Below, piece by piece: positions 8,478-17,784 of a DNA stretch of 64,000 bases. The stretch spans positions 64,001-128,000 of the IMG/VR virus record IMGVR_UViG_3300027631_000002; one strand, 5' to 3'. The stretch's first letter is position 1; each line of letters begins with the position of its first letter. The stretch comes from a virus. A program made the position numbers and the translations under genes. Under the pieces are notes generated by a model. The model was not told the origin of the DNA, did not search any database, and saw only the letters and a program-made list of their open reading frames with translations.

Positions 8478-10625
8478 TTATTTACCACCACTATTAAACC
8501 AATTTATTCCAGTTGTATTAGATTCACTAACTGTTTTATTTCTATTTAAAATTTTTCTTCTAACATTTAGTAGTTGTGTATAATCAACAGTTTCTGTAAA
8601 TTCAAGATTTTTTAAACAATCTTCTACATATATCTTAAATGATGGATCTTTTTGTAAAGTATCTTCTACCATCTCTTTAAAATCATTTTTTACAAAAGCA
8701 GATGTTGCATTTACAATAGTCATTACACAGTCATCATGTCCAACATCTGCGGCATATCTAGTATTGCCCGCAGTTGTTGTATGTTTAACAAATGTTGTAA
8801 TCTCTCTAACAGTTTCTTCATTATTTATAGAGAAACCTTTTGAAATCATTAAATCTTGATAATCTTTGACCATCATATTCTTATTCTCACCTACTTTTAA
8901 TCCAACTTTTTCTTCGGTTGCATCAGCTCTATGTTTGTATCTAAGGAAAATAGATGATCCATATTGATTATTCCCATCAAAAACGTGTGGTAGTTCAGCA
9001 AGTAAAGTATTTCCATAGTTATTTAACTCTAAAACTATTTTAACATTATCTGGGTTTAAATACTCAAATGCTAAAATATAAAGTAATTCTGCTAATTGTT
9101 TAACTGAAACTAAGTTACTTCTAAATAATCCAATTTGTTCTAATCTAAAAAAATCTGTAACTGATTTATATGCCAATCTTTGTGATTCTATTGTATCCAT
9201 ATCTTTTTTAGATATTTTAAATATATTTATAATTGAATAATCTTGTCCTAAACCTTCTGCAATATCGACTGATAGTATAATCTTTTCATTTTTCCTATTC
9301 ATTGGTATAAAAATCTCATCATCATCTATCCACCTTAAATCTTTATAACTAAATCTTAATTTACTTTCAAATTCGTAAATCTCCTCAAATTTATAATTTT
9401 TCTTATTATTTAAAAGACTATCAATTATTGCTTCATTTAATAATGACTTACTTGAATTGATAAATCTTAAACCATATTCTTGGTTAAAAGCATCCTCACC
9501 ACCAATATCCTTTACTGCTTCTTCTTTCCAAGTTGTCATCTCACCAATTGCTCTCAAAGGTACTTCGAATCCTTTTGAATCAATAAATGTTAAGTTTTTA
9601 ACATCTTCATCAGTACATCTCTCATTATTAAATACAGAGATGATGTCTTTTTGAAAATCCGAATTGAATCCCATATGAGTTTTTGTTATATTCTCTGGAT
9701 ATGTTTCTTTGATACTACTAAATATTTGTTCTTTTGTTACACCATGTTCATATAATCTATGATCATTTAATCTCAAATATGTAACAAATCTTCCCGGAAC
9801 TTGATGCCAGTAAACACGCATTGCTTTATAGTTATTTTTAAGTGGATCTCCATCTGGCCTTTCTGCATCATTAAGTAATTTATGAAACAAGTTCATACCA
9901 TCTGGTGTTGATGTGATAATAATCTTTGAGTTTTGTACTGCTGACACGGTTGGATAAGCAGCGGTATAGTAAGGTTCGATAATATTTGAGGGAATATGTG
10001 CAAACTCATCAAGATAAAGTACGTCAATCGTAAAACCAATTGCTGGAGTTTTAGACCTTGCGGATGTTTTTATTCTACATCCATTCTCAAATGTTAGAGA
10101 CTTTTGATTCCAAGTTTTAATACCTGGTTTTAAAAAGAATGGTAATAATGAATATATAGACTTAATTTTATCTACAATCTCTACTGCAGTATCTCCTTTA
10201 TTGGCGACAATCATTATATTCTTATCATTACTAAATAGAATTGTATGCAACATGAAAATTGATGCCGATATTGTTTTACCAACCTGACGACTTGCCATTA
10301 GTATGTTAAATCTACTATTTACAAAATTGTCTAATATTTCTTTTTGATACTCTCTCAACTTAATTTGACCTACTGATCCATCTTCTGTTTTTACTTTACA
10401 ATATTGTTCTGTGAAGTAGTGTATATCTAATGCACACTTAATATATTCTTCTTGTTCTTCAGGTGACATCCTAAAAGATACACCTGCTCTTCTTAATCCT
10501 ACTTCAGATTTTAACCAGGGATTTTGGTATCTTTTGATGACGATACCGTCATTTATTTTATCTGTTGATTCATCTACCAGCTTCGTGGTAAAGATCATTT
10601 GTTTTTCTATTATTTCTTTTGCCAT
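8478..10625 (-). CDS. gp17: terminase large subunit (T4 gp17-like)
   Basis: LREYQ, SRQVGKT (Walker A), LYLDEFAH (Walker B), IITSTPDG, FNQEY, SVDIAEGLGQDYS and HDDCVM nuclease motifs. Confidence 0.95.
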   Translation of the reverse strand: MAKEIIEKQMIFTTKLVDESTDKINDGIVIKRYQNPWLKSEVGLRRAGVSFRMSPEEQEEYIKCALDIHYFTEQYCKVKTEDGSVGQIKLREYQKEILDNFVNSRFNILMASRQVGKTISASIFMLHTILFSNDKNIMIVANKGDTAVEIVDKIKSIYSLLPFFLKPGIKTWNQKSLTFENGCRIKTSARSKTPAIGFTIDVLYLDEFAHIPSNIIEPYYTAAYPTVSAVQNSKIIITSTPDGMNLFHKLLNDAERPDGDPLKNNYKAMRVYWHQVPGRFVTYLRLNDHRLYEHGVTKEQIFSSIKETYPENITKTHMGFNSDFQKDIISVFNNERCTDEDVKNLTFIDSKGFEVPLRAIGEMTTWKEEAVKDIGGEDAFNQEYGLRFINSSKSLLNEAIIDSLLNNKKNYKFEEIYEFESKLRFSYKDLRWIDDDEIFIPMNRKNEKIILSVDIAEGLGQDYSIINIFKISKKDMDTIESQRLAYKSVTDFFRLEQIGLFRSNLVSVKQLAELLYILAFEYLNPDNVKIVLELNNYGNTLLAELPHVFDGNNQYGSSIFLRYKHRADATEEKVGLKVGENKNMMVKDYQDLMISKGFSINNEETVREITTFVKHTTTAGNTRYAADVGHDDCVMTIVNATSAFVKNDFKEMVEDTLQKDPSFKIYVEDCLKNLEFTETVDYTQLLNVRRKILNRNKTVSESNTTGINWFNSGGK

Positions 10626-10672
10626 AATTGGACTTTACTTTTTTTATATATATTGTAAAAAACCGTTTACTT

Positions 10673-11293
10673 ATGTCAAAAAGTGAAGAACAAAGAATTA
10701 GACTACAAGATGAATTCGATCAAATCCAGTCAGAAAACTCGGAATTCGACATCTCTCTACACTTAGCAAAGCCAGAAGATTTACCAGATTTAGGGGAAAT
10801 CGAGATATATGATTATGATGCTGATTTAACTGTGGCTAGTCAACAATCAATGGATGTACTAGAATCATTGGTTGATTTATATCTAAGTGATATACCAAAA
10901 TTAAAAGAACACTCCTATATTAGAAATAAGATGAGAGAGGATGCTATGGTTTATGCTGAAGCAATTTTCTTATCAAAAATGACTAGAAAAAACTTTCTAT
11001 CTCAATTGAGACAAGTTGATAATGGTGATAATGCAGCAAGAATGCATGAAGTCGTCAATCAAACAATTGGTCAGATTAGAGAGAATGGTAAGTTTTTATC
11101 AAATCAAAGAACTGAATTAGAGAAGTTCTATAAAACACTAAGAAAGGACTTAGGTTATAATGAAATTGAAAATCCTGAAGTTAAACAAGCTGAAGCAGAA
11201 AAATCTGATACATCTTCGGAGGGATTAGTTACTAATAATCGAGATCTAAATGATTTGATTAAAAATGCGATGACTAAAAGAGATGAGAAATAA
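10673..11293 (+). CDS. putative terminase small subunit (gp16-like)
   Basis: Head-to-head with TerL; helical; C-terminal VTNNRDLNDLIK resembles the gp16 tail motif. Start moved to ATG 10673. Confidence 0.5.
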   Translation: MSKSEEQRIRLQDEFDQIQSENSEFDISLHLAKPEDLPDLGEIEIYDYDADLTVASQQSMDVLESLVDLYLSDIPKLKEHSYIRNKMREDAMVYAEAIFLSKMTRKNFLSQLRQVDNGDNAARMHEVVNQTIGQIRENGKFLSNQRTELEKFYKTLRKDLGYNEIENPEVKQAEAEKSDTSSEGLVTNNRDLNDLIKNAMTKRDEK

Positions 11294-11323
11294 AAAAAGA
11301 CTAACATTATGTTAGTCTTTTTT
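11292..11323. terminator. bidirectional intrinsic terminator
   Basis: AAAAAAGACTAACA-TTA-TGTTAGTCTTTTTT. Confidence 0.85.
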
Positions 11324-12163
11324 GTATATAAAATTTTCAAAAGTTTTTACAATTTTATTCAGATTTAACTCTACCTTAGTTACAATAAATGGATTTACTT
11401 TATTAAAGGTAACTTGATTTATAATAAGTTCACATTCTTCCATTTTAAGTACCTCTTTTACTTTCTCTTTTACTTCATCATCACTATTCTTTACTAAAAA
11501 TTGAAGTACATCATTTACACCTTTTGCTAATTTGATTGTATTGATGTCATCATCATATAAAGAAACTTCATCATATTTAGTTATTTCTTCTTCTGTAAAC
11601 TTCGTATCAGCAGTCTTTAATCCAATTATATGTTGGAGTACCAATCTTACTTTTTTGTGTACTATATCGTCTCTATCTCTGTTATAGAATGTTTCAGATA
11701 TGAAGTAGAAGTTCTTTATTTTTAGTCCAAAATCTAGAAGTTTTTCTTCTAATTTCTCAATTAGCTTTTCGTAGTTTCTTTTAGAGTTTTTAGAACAAAT
11801 AACATAAATATCATCCTGACTATTATTAAGATGTCTAATGTTCTCTATATGTATTGTAAAGTCACCATTTTCAATAATATCTTTATTCATAAATTCTTGC
11901 ATCGAGAAAGAAAGTTCTGATATATTTACATTATTATTTTTGGATTTAATTTTAATCTTATTAAAAAGTTCTTCACTTAACCAATAAGTTTGTCCATCTA
12001 TATTAAAGTTTATATTATCCTTTTTGTAAACACCTTTTCTTAAAAGATTAAATTCAGACTTTGATATTCTTATCAAAGGTTTATTAGGAGTTCGAGTATT
12101 TACTATCCAAACTTTACTATTCATTGTTATTAGACTATTAAGGTCGAAGAAGTGTGCGTTCAT
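11312..12163 (-). CDS. HAD-like fold protein with degenerate motif I
   Basis: FFDLNSL in place of FFDxDxT; VICS; YDDD motif IV. Confidence 0.55.
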   Translation of the reverse strand: MNAHFFDLNSLITMNSKVWIVNTRTPNKPLIRISKSEFNLLRKGVYKKDNINFNIDGQTYWLSEELFNKIKIKSKNNNVNISELSFSMQEFMNKDIIENGDFTIHIENIRHLNNSQDDIYVICSKNSKRNYEKLIEKLEEKLLDFGLKIKNFYFISETFYNRDRDDIVHKKVRLVLQHIIGLKTADTKFTEEEITKYDEVSLYDDDINTIKLAKGVNDVLQFLVKNSDDEVKEKVKEVLKMEECELIINQVTFNKVNPFIVTKVELNLNKIVKTFENFIYKKD

Positions 12164-12180
12164 AGTACTATATATAAATA

Positions 12181-12210
12181 AAAAAAACCTATCTTTTATG
12201 ATAGGTTTTT
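12181..12210 (-). terminator. intrinsic terminator
   Basis: AAAAACCTATC-TTTTAT-GATAGGTTTTT. Confidence 0.8.
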
Positions 12211-12215
12211 ATTTT

Positions 12216-12671
12216 TTATCTTAACAATTTTTTACTTAATGCGAAGTCATATAGAACAGGTAAGTTTAAATATTCTATAAAGTGTTTTCTCATATCTTCT
12301 AATGTTTTAGATCTTCTTATAATACTTATAACTAATAATCCAAATTCTTCTTGAAAATCTAAGTAACAATCACACCAAGGTCTATTATAATTCTCTAATG
12401 TTTTCCACTCTTTTTCACCGCCTGTTAGCCAATATAAACTTTTTTCTGGTGATATATTATCAATATTCATTTCTTTAATATCAGTTTTCCAAACTTCGTC
12501 ACTTGCATCACAATTTCTCAACAATAATGAAACTGCTTCTCCTAAATCTGTCGTCATCTCTTTACCTATTTCGAAGAACCATTCATTTCCCTCTCTGCTT
12601 ATTATTATTGTTTTATCATCATAAATGATTTTAGTTCCAATTTCTTTCAGTAAAGTCTTTTTCTTTCTCAT
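12216..12671 (-). CDS. hypothetical protein
   Basis: 151-aa ORF followed by a terminator. Confidence 0.7.
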   Translation of the reverse strand: MRKKKTLLKEIGTKIIYDDKTIIISREGNEWFFEIGKEMTTDLGEAVSLLLRNCDASDEVWKTDIKEMNIDNISPEKSLYWLTGGEKEWKTLENYNRPWCDCYLDFQEEFGLLVISIIRRSKTLEDMRKHFIEYLNLPVLYDFALSKKLLR

Positions 12672-12690
12672 AGTTAGTAATTATTTTTAT

Positions 12691-12981
12691 CTAGATAGGT
12701 TTATTCAACCCACTCTTCCAAGTCCCTTTAAAAAATCCATCTTCCCAAATGCCGTTTTCCCATGTTCCATGAAAAGCACCATTCTTGAATATCCCGTATT
12801 TCCAATCTCCATATTTAAAAATACCTTCATGCCAAATTAAGGTTTCTTTCTTAATTTCTATAATAGCATTCTCAACTTCAGAATCAATTAGCCAATTGAA
12901 TCCAAGTTCTTTTAATTTCTTTAAAATTTCTGATTTTGTTGTGATAGATTTATCACTATATTTAAGTTCTATAATTCCCAT
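12691..12981 (-). CDS. hypothetical protein with W/F-x-x-G pentapeptide-like repeats
   Basis: WHEGIFKYGDWKYGIFKNGAFHGTWENGIWEDGFFKGTW; start probably MGIIELKY at 12981. Confidence 0.65.
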   Translation of the reverse strand: MGIIELKYSDKSITTKSEILKKLKELGFNWLIDSEVENAIIEIKKETLIWHEGIFKYGDWKYGIFKNGAFHGTWENGIWEDGFFKGTWKSGLNKPI

Positions 12982-13096
12982 TCTAAAAATAATCTTTTTA
13001 CAAGTATATATATTTTTCAACGTTAGACATTATTTATCTTTTTGTCTAATTTTTCCTCAAAAATGAAGATTTGGATTTGAAAAAAAAATAAAAAAT

Positions 13097-13126
13097 AAAA
13101 AAAACCAAGATTACTCTCGGTTTTTT
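13097..13126 (-). terminator. intrinsic terminator
   Basis: Minus-strand CCGAGA-GTAA-TCTTGG stem (one G-U pair) plus a U-tract. Confidence 0.7.
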
Positions 13127-13634
13127 ATAATATTTTTATAAGAAATGTTACTTCATTTAATTCAGTATTATCAGATAAATCCTCAAACTCTTCAATTGAT
13201 AATTTATTATCTTCTATATGTACTAACATTTGTACTTTATCATATGTTTTTTCAACCAATTGTGATGTTAGAAGAATGTATTCTTTGACTTCTGATAGTT
13301 TAAAACTGCTTTCTTCATCATCTTCTATGTTTCTAAATATATTTACTTTAAATATGGTTTTAAATTTACCGGTAACCAATTCTCCTTCTTTATTTACATA
13401 AGTATCATTTTCACTAAATCCTACTTCTATTTTAAATCTATCATCTTCTGATAAATAGTTAACTTCATTTTTAATTAGTTTTGACAAGTCTGCTTTTGGA
13501 AATTCATCAGGTAAACTAGGTTTTAGTTCAAACAAAATATTGATTAGTTCGATAACTTCGTGAGTATCTAAGTCTTCGGGTTTAGTATATTTTATCTTAC
13601 CTGAGAAATTCTCATATGTTTTTAGATTTTTCAT
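13125..13634 (-). CDS. leader-bearing hypothetical protein
   Basis: Starts MKNLKTYENF. Confidence 0.75.
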   Translation of the reverse strand: MKNLKTYENFSGKIKYTKPEDLDTHEVIELINILFELKPSLPDEFPKADLSKLIKNEVNYLSEDDRFKIEVGFSENDTYVNKEGELVTGKFKTIFKVNIFRNIEDDEESSFKLSEVKEYILLTSQLVEKTYDKVQMLVHIEDNKLSIEEFEDLSDNTELNEVTFLIKIL

Positions 13635-13646
13635 ATGAGTATATAT

Positions 13647-13675
13647 AAAAAAAACCAGGTGATTTACCTGGTTTT
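13647..13675 (-). terminator. intrinsic terminator
   Basis: AAAACCAGGT-GATTT-ACCTGGTTTT. Confidence 0.8.
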
Positions 13676-13679
13676 AATA

Positions 13680-14234
13680 TTATTTTCTAAACTTCATTAG
13701 CTTATCAACTTCTGTGTAGTCTTTTCTATCCAATGCGGCATCAATCAATAATTCAATCTCACTTTGTCTTAGTTTTGATAAGTCTTCTGTAATAAGAACA
13801 TCGCTATTATCACTTTGTTTATTTCGTAAAGACTCAATATATCGGTCAAAACTTACCATTCTAATATCATATCCTTTTTCAAGTAAATATAAGTAAGTAT
13901 TTAATGATCTTTCAGTTTTAGGTACTTTAGGTACTTTAACTGGTTTCATATTTTTTAATCTATCATAGATTTTTTTAGTAACTGGTGAAAACTTACTAAA
14001 AACCATGAATCTTGGATCATGAAATTTATTAGTGTATTTACACCATAGTTGTTCTTCCATACCGATAACCTCACCTGTGTTGGATTCAACATATAATTTA
14101 TTAGAACCTGTTTTTTTATCATTTAATAATACCTCAAAATCCCAAGAATATGTTTCTGAAATACTAAAAATTTGTTTTAAATCCATTGTCTTTAGATTTA
14201 AACAAACTACCTTATCAATATTAAAATCTGCCAT
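13680..14234 (-). CDS. hypothetical protein with C-terminal UVR-like helix pair
   Basis: C-terminal EIELLIDAALDRKDYTEVDKL; start moved to 14234, downstream of a host-type promoter. Confidence 0.7.
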   Translation of the reverse strand: MADFNIDKVVCLNLKTMDLKQIFSISETYSWDFEVLLNDKKTGSNKLYVESNTGEVIGMEEQLWCKYTNKFHDPRFMVFSKFSPVTKKIYDRLKNMKPVKVPKVPKTERSLNTYLYLLEKGYDIRMVSFDRYIESLRNKQSDNSDVLITEDLSKLRQSEIELLIDAALDRKDYTEVDKLMKFRK

Positions 14235-14251
14235 AGTTATTTTTATTTTAA

Positions 14252-14283
14252 CAAAGATAAAGATAATATTTAAAATATCCAAA
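14252..14283 (-). promoter_or_regulatory. Bacteroidota-type promoter (TTTG-N20-TAnnTTTG)
   Basis: Minus strand TTTG (14283-14280), 20-nt spacer, TATCTTTG (14259-14252). Confidence 0.75.
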
Positions 14284-14330
14284 AATGATACTTATTATTT
14301 TATATATATACTAAAAATTTTTTTATCATA

Positions 14331-17144
14331 ATGAGATATTTAAACAAAAGAGAAGATTTCTTGAAGAAGAAACAACATATACAAGGAGTACCATATGAAA
14401 CATTATTAGAGATGACATCCAGTGCTGGACCATTTGCAAATGATGTGGGTTGGAATGACTCTTTATTAGGTCGTTTAATAAATCATGTTATTAGAAAAGC
14501 AAGAATCGCTGCAAAAGTACCTAGAATAAAAAGTTTAATTAGTCAGTTAAAAGATGAGTTTGAACAAATTGTAGGTCAAGCTAAAATTTATAGTTTGTCT
14601 TCGGAAGATCAACAACTAGTAATTCAAATAGAGCTAGATGTGTTCTTTAAAGAACTAATATACGCGGTTGAGAATAATTTCAAAGTTGGTATCTTAAAAA
14701 GTTTGACTGATGGTTGTATCAAAAGAGTAACTGATATGGCAGAGTTTGATAAAAAGGCTGTTCTTTTAGAAGAATTGAAGAAATTTAGAGAATTTTTAGA
14801 TCAATTTAAAGATGATGAAGGTTCAAATGATGACGATGAAGATGAAGATAATGAAGAAGATACTACTAGTGGTAATCCTACAGGTATTCCTACTGGTGGT
14901 CCAGTAATTTATGATTTTACTGAAACTAAAACTTATGACACGATAGTTAGAAATTTAAAAGCACTTGCTTTAATTTTAGACAATTATAAAAAGGTTACTC
15001 TTGGTAATTCAGTTGAAAAACCTAAAGCAAAATTTACATATGTGGTAAACCCCGGTGAAACACTAGATAAAATTATAATCGATCCTACTAAAAACCCTAA
15101 TAAATTAGATATTGCTGCTATTAAAGATAAAAATGCTCAAATATTAGCAAAATATATCCAATCATCGAAAGATGATGATGCAAAACTTGGTAAATTGACA
15201 CTTGGTAAAATAAATCTTATCATGGAAGGTGGTACATTTGGAACAGGTGGTTCTTTAGAGAGAAATAAAGTACATACTGGTGAAGATCATTTAACACAAG
15301 CATTTATTAAATTAAAAAAAGATATTGTTGCTTTGATTACTCCTAAATCTGCAGGTATTGTTTCTGATGAAAAGAGAATAGAAGAGTATCGTTTACAATA
15401 TCTAAAATTTATCAATGATATTGTTGCAAATTCAAAAAGTGAGGATAGTAGAAAACTCATAAGAAATCTTTACACTGAGATAAATAGATATTTGGTTGGA
15501 GATAAGAAAGCAACAATACAAGAAAAAGATAAACTTTACAAAGAAGGCATTGAACTTTTAAAAGACAAAAATAAAACAGTTGAGTTTGCTGAGAAAATTG
15601 CAAGATTTTCAAAAAGAGCTCTTCAGTTCAATAAACAAAACTTATATGGTGGTCTAGGTAATCTAAGTACACCGTTGAAAGACTTTGTTGATACGATGTT
15701 AGTAATAAATAGTGTTCCTAAAATTACTCCACAAAAAGAGTCATTACTAAATTATAAGTCATTCTTAGAAGCAATATTATCGGATGATCGTACGGAAGAA
15801 GAGAAAAAGAATGGTGGTGCTAATAATAAACAAACAACTACACAAAAACCTACTGGTAATAATAAACCTACTACACCTACATCCGGAACTGCATCACAGG
15901 CACAGGGACAAGGTGATGGTGAGGGTGGTGATGTATCTACAAAAATATTAGAGTTCTTCAATAAAACTTGTATTGAAGTAAGAGCTTATACTGTTTCTGA
16001 TGAAGAAAGAAAGTCAATACAAACTAAAATAGAACAAGTAAAAACAGAGGATGGTAAAAAGATTGAGATGACAATGGATCCAATTATTGCAATAATGAAT
16101 TTATTTATTAAAGCATATAAAACTTATACTGTTAAAACTATTACTAAAAGAACAGAAGGGGTTGATACAAACACATTATCAGAATATACGTCATTTGGTC
16201 AATCAGGTGAAGATGGTGGTAAAACAGGTCCTTATAGAAATAACAAATTATTTGATATGTGGGAAGAAGCGGTAAATAATATAAGAAAAGATCGTAAGTA
16301 CCAAGCAATATTTACTGATAATGCAAATTTAAGATTGCCGAAAGTAACAGACCCTAATCCTGCCGATCCGGAAGATTGGGTTATTAAACCTAAGGCAGGT
16401 GCATCATTTAGAAAATTTATCAATGATGTTTTAGATGGTGATACACTATATAAAAGTTCTGCCACAACAGGAGCGGTCGCTACATTTGTAGAGAAATATT
16501 TTGGTGATGGTACTGTTAGTGAAGCTAAGGCTGCCACAGATATTGATAGTGCTGCGTTAGCAGAAAGTGCAGAAAGTGCAGAAAAGATTGCAGAGAATGC
16601 TATTAAACTAGAGTTAAAAAAACAAACAGCTATTACTCCCGAAGCATATACATTCTTTATAATAGAGGGTATGAGAGCCAAAGATCCTGCAAAACCAGAT
16701 GTATTTGATGAATCTGTATTAAGAACATTCCTTATAAATAAAACTGAAGCTAGTAAAGTTTGGCTTTTCGGTACAACATTTTTGAAGAAATTTGATTTTG
16801 ATTTATTAGAACCAAAACACCAAATAGATAAAGGTGACTTTGAAAAATTAAGTAGTAGTAAATCAGGGGATTTTTATTATACTTCAATTGGCGTTGAAGA
16901 TTTTAAAAAATTAAAACCTAATCAAAAATTAAAAATAGTTACAGAATCACTAACAGGTACTCTATCTAAGGAAGATAATATAAAGATAACAAATATTTAT
17001 ACACTTAATAAAGTAGATGATGTAGCACCATATAAAATTCCTGATGAACAAGTGACTAAGATTCTTAATACAGGGAAAACCGGTTTAAAAAGTGATGTAA
17101 AGGCTGCAATTAAAAGTGATAAAGTAGAAATAAAAGCAATATAA
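14331..17144 (+). CDS. large leader-bearing protein with LysM-like motif (probable virion protein)
   Basis: 937 aa; starts MRYLNKREDFL; YVVNPGETLDKII; low-complexity linkers. Confidence 0.75.
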   Translation: MRYLNKREDFLKKKQHIQGVPYETLLEMTSSAGPFANDVGWNDSLLGRLINHVIRKARIAAKVPRIKSLISQLKDEFEQIVGQAKIYSLSSEDQQLVIQIELDVFFKELIYAVENNFKVGILKSLTDGCIKRVTDMAEFDKKAVLLEELKKFREFLDQFKDDEGSNDDDEDEDNEEDTTSGNPTGIPTGGPVIYDFTETKTYDTIVRNLKALALILDNYKKVTLGNSVEKPKAKFTYVVNPGETLDKIIIDPTKNPNKLDIAAIKDKNAQILAKYIQSSKDDDAKLGKLTLGKINLIMEGGTFGTGGSLERNKVHTGEDHLTQAFIKLKKDIVALITPKSAGIVSDEKRIEEYRLQYLKFINDIVANSKSEDSRKLIRNLYTEINRYLVGDKKATIQEKDKLYKEGIELLKDKNKTVEFAEKIARFSKRALQFNKQNLYGGLGNLSTPLKDFVDTMLVINSVPKITPQKESLLNYKSFLEAILSDDRTEEEKKNGGANNKQTTTQKPTGNNKPTTPTSGTASQAQGQGDGEGGDVSTKILEFFNKTCIEVRAYTVSDEERKSIQTKIEQVKTEDGKKIEMTMDPIIAIMNLFIKAYKTYTVKTITKRTEGVDTNTLSEYTSFGQSGEDGGKTGPYRNNKLFDMWEEAVNNIRKDRKYQAIFTDNANLRLPKVTDPNPADPEDWVIKPKAGASFRKFINDVLDGDTLYKSSATTGAVATFVEKYFGDGTVSEAKAATDIDSAALAESAESAEKIAENAIKLELKKQTAITPEAYTFFIIEGMRAKDPAKPDVFDESVLRTFLINKTEASKVWLFGTTFLKKFDFDLLEPKHQIDKGDFEKLSSSKSGDFYYTSIGVEDFKKLKPNQKLKIVTESLTGTLSKEDNIKITNIYTLNKVDDVAPYKIPDEQVTKILNTGKTGLKSDVKAAIKSDKVEIKAI

Positions 17145-17725
17145 TGAAACATTTAAAAAAATATGATATATTTTTAGAAGAAGCAGAATTTGATGTTCAA
17201 GCAACAGATACTCCTGATGTTAAACTTGCTAAGAATGGTATGAATACTATGAAACTTAATTTAGATGAGTATAAGACAAAGAAATCTTTAATTGATAAGT
17301 TATACTTAGAAGTAAAAGATCCTACTCAAATTGAGACTAAATTAAAGGAAATACTAGGTACTACTGATATACAAAATGGTAAAGATAGAAATCCTTTTTT
17401 GGTAGAATATTCACATTTGGCAAAGTTAAAAGCTGATGTAGAATCAATGAAGCAACAAAATGTATATGATAAAGCGTTTATTGATGATTTTAATCAAGAG
17501 TTAAGAGATTTGGATGCAAATAAGAGTAATGATCCTGCACAAAAATTAGTTATTACTAAAAAAATTGCTGATGTAAATAAAAGAATTATGGATCGAACTC
17601 CTAAATTGACACAAATACAGAATGATTATAATAAAAGTTTCACAGAACATACTACTAAAATCAACAAGACAGGTTCAGATATGACCGAATATATCAAAAA
17701 AATATCTAATGTTAATCAAAAATAG
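17144..17725 (+). CDS. leader-bearing coiled-coil protein
   Basis: Starts MKHLKKYDIFLEE; coupled to the upstream stop. Confidence 0.75.
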   Translation: MKHLKKYDIFLEEAEFDVQATDTPDVKLAKNGMNTMKLNLDEYKTKKSLIDKLYLEVKDPTQIETKLKEILGTTDIQNGKDRNPFLVEYSHLAKLKADVESMKQQNVYDKAFIDDFNQELRDLDANKSNDPAQKLVITKKIADVNKRIMDRTPKLTQIQNDYNKSFTEHTTKINKTGSDMTEYIKKISNVNQK

Positions 17726-17747
17726 AGAAAATATGATTTTTTTCTTT

Positions 17748-17756
17748 TAATATATA
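17748..17756 (+). promoter_or_regulatory. putative late promoter TAATATATA
   Basis: Exact motif upstream of the tail sheath. Confidence 0.7.
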
Positions 17757-17784
17757 CATTATACAAAAAATTAAAATAAAAAAT

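Noticed and set aside
9531-9790. Intein in the terminase
   Set aside because: No N-terminal Cys/Ser block, no His-Asn end and no LAGLIDADG motif.
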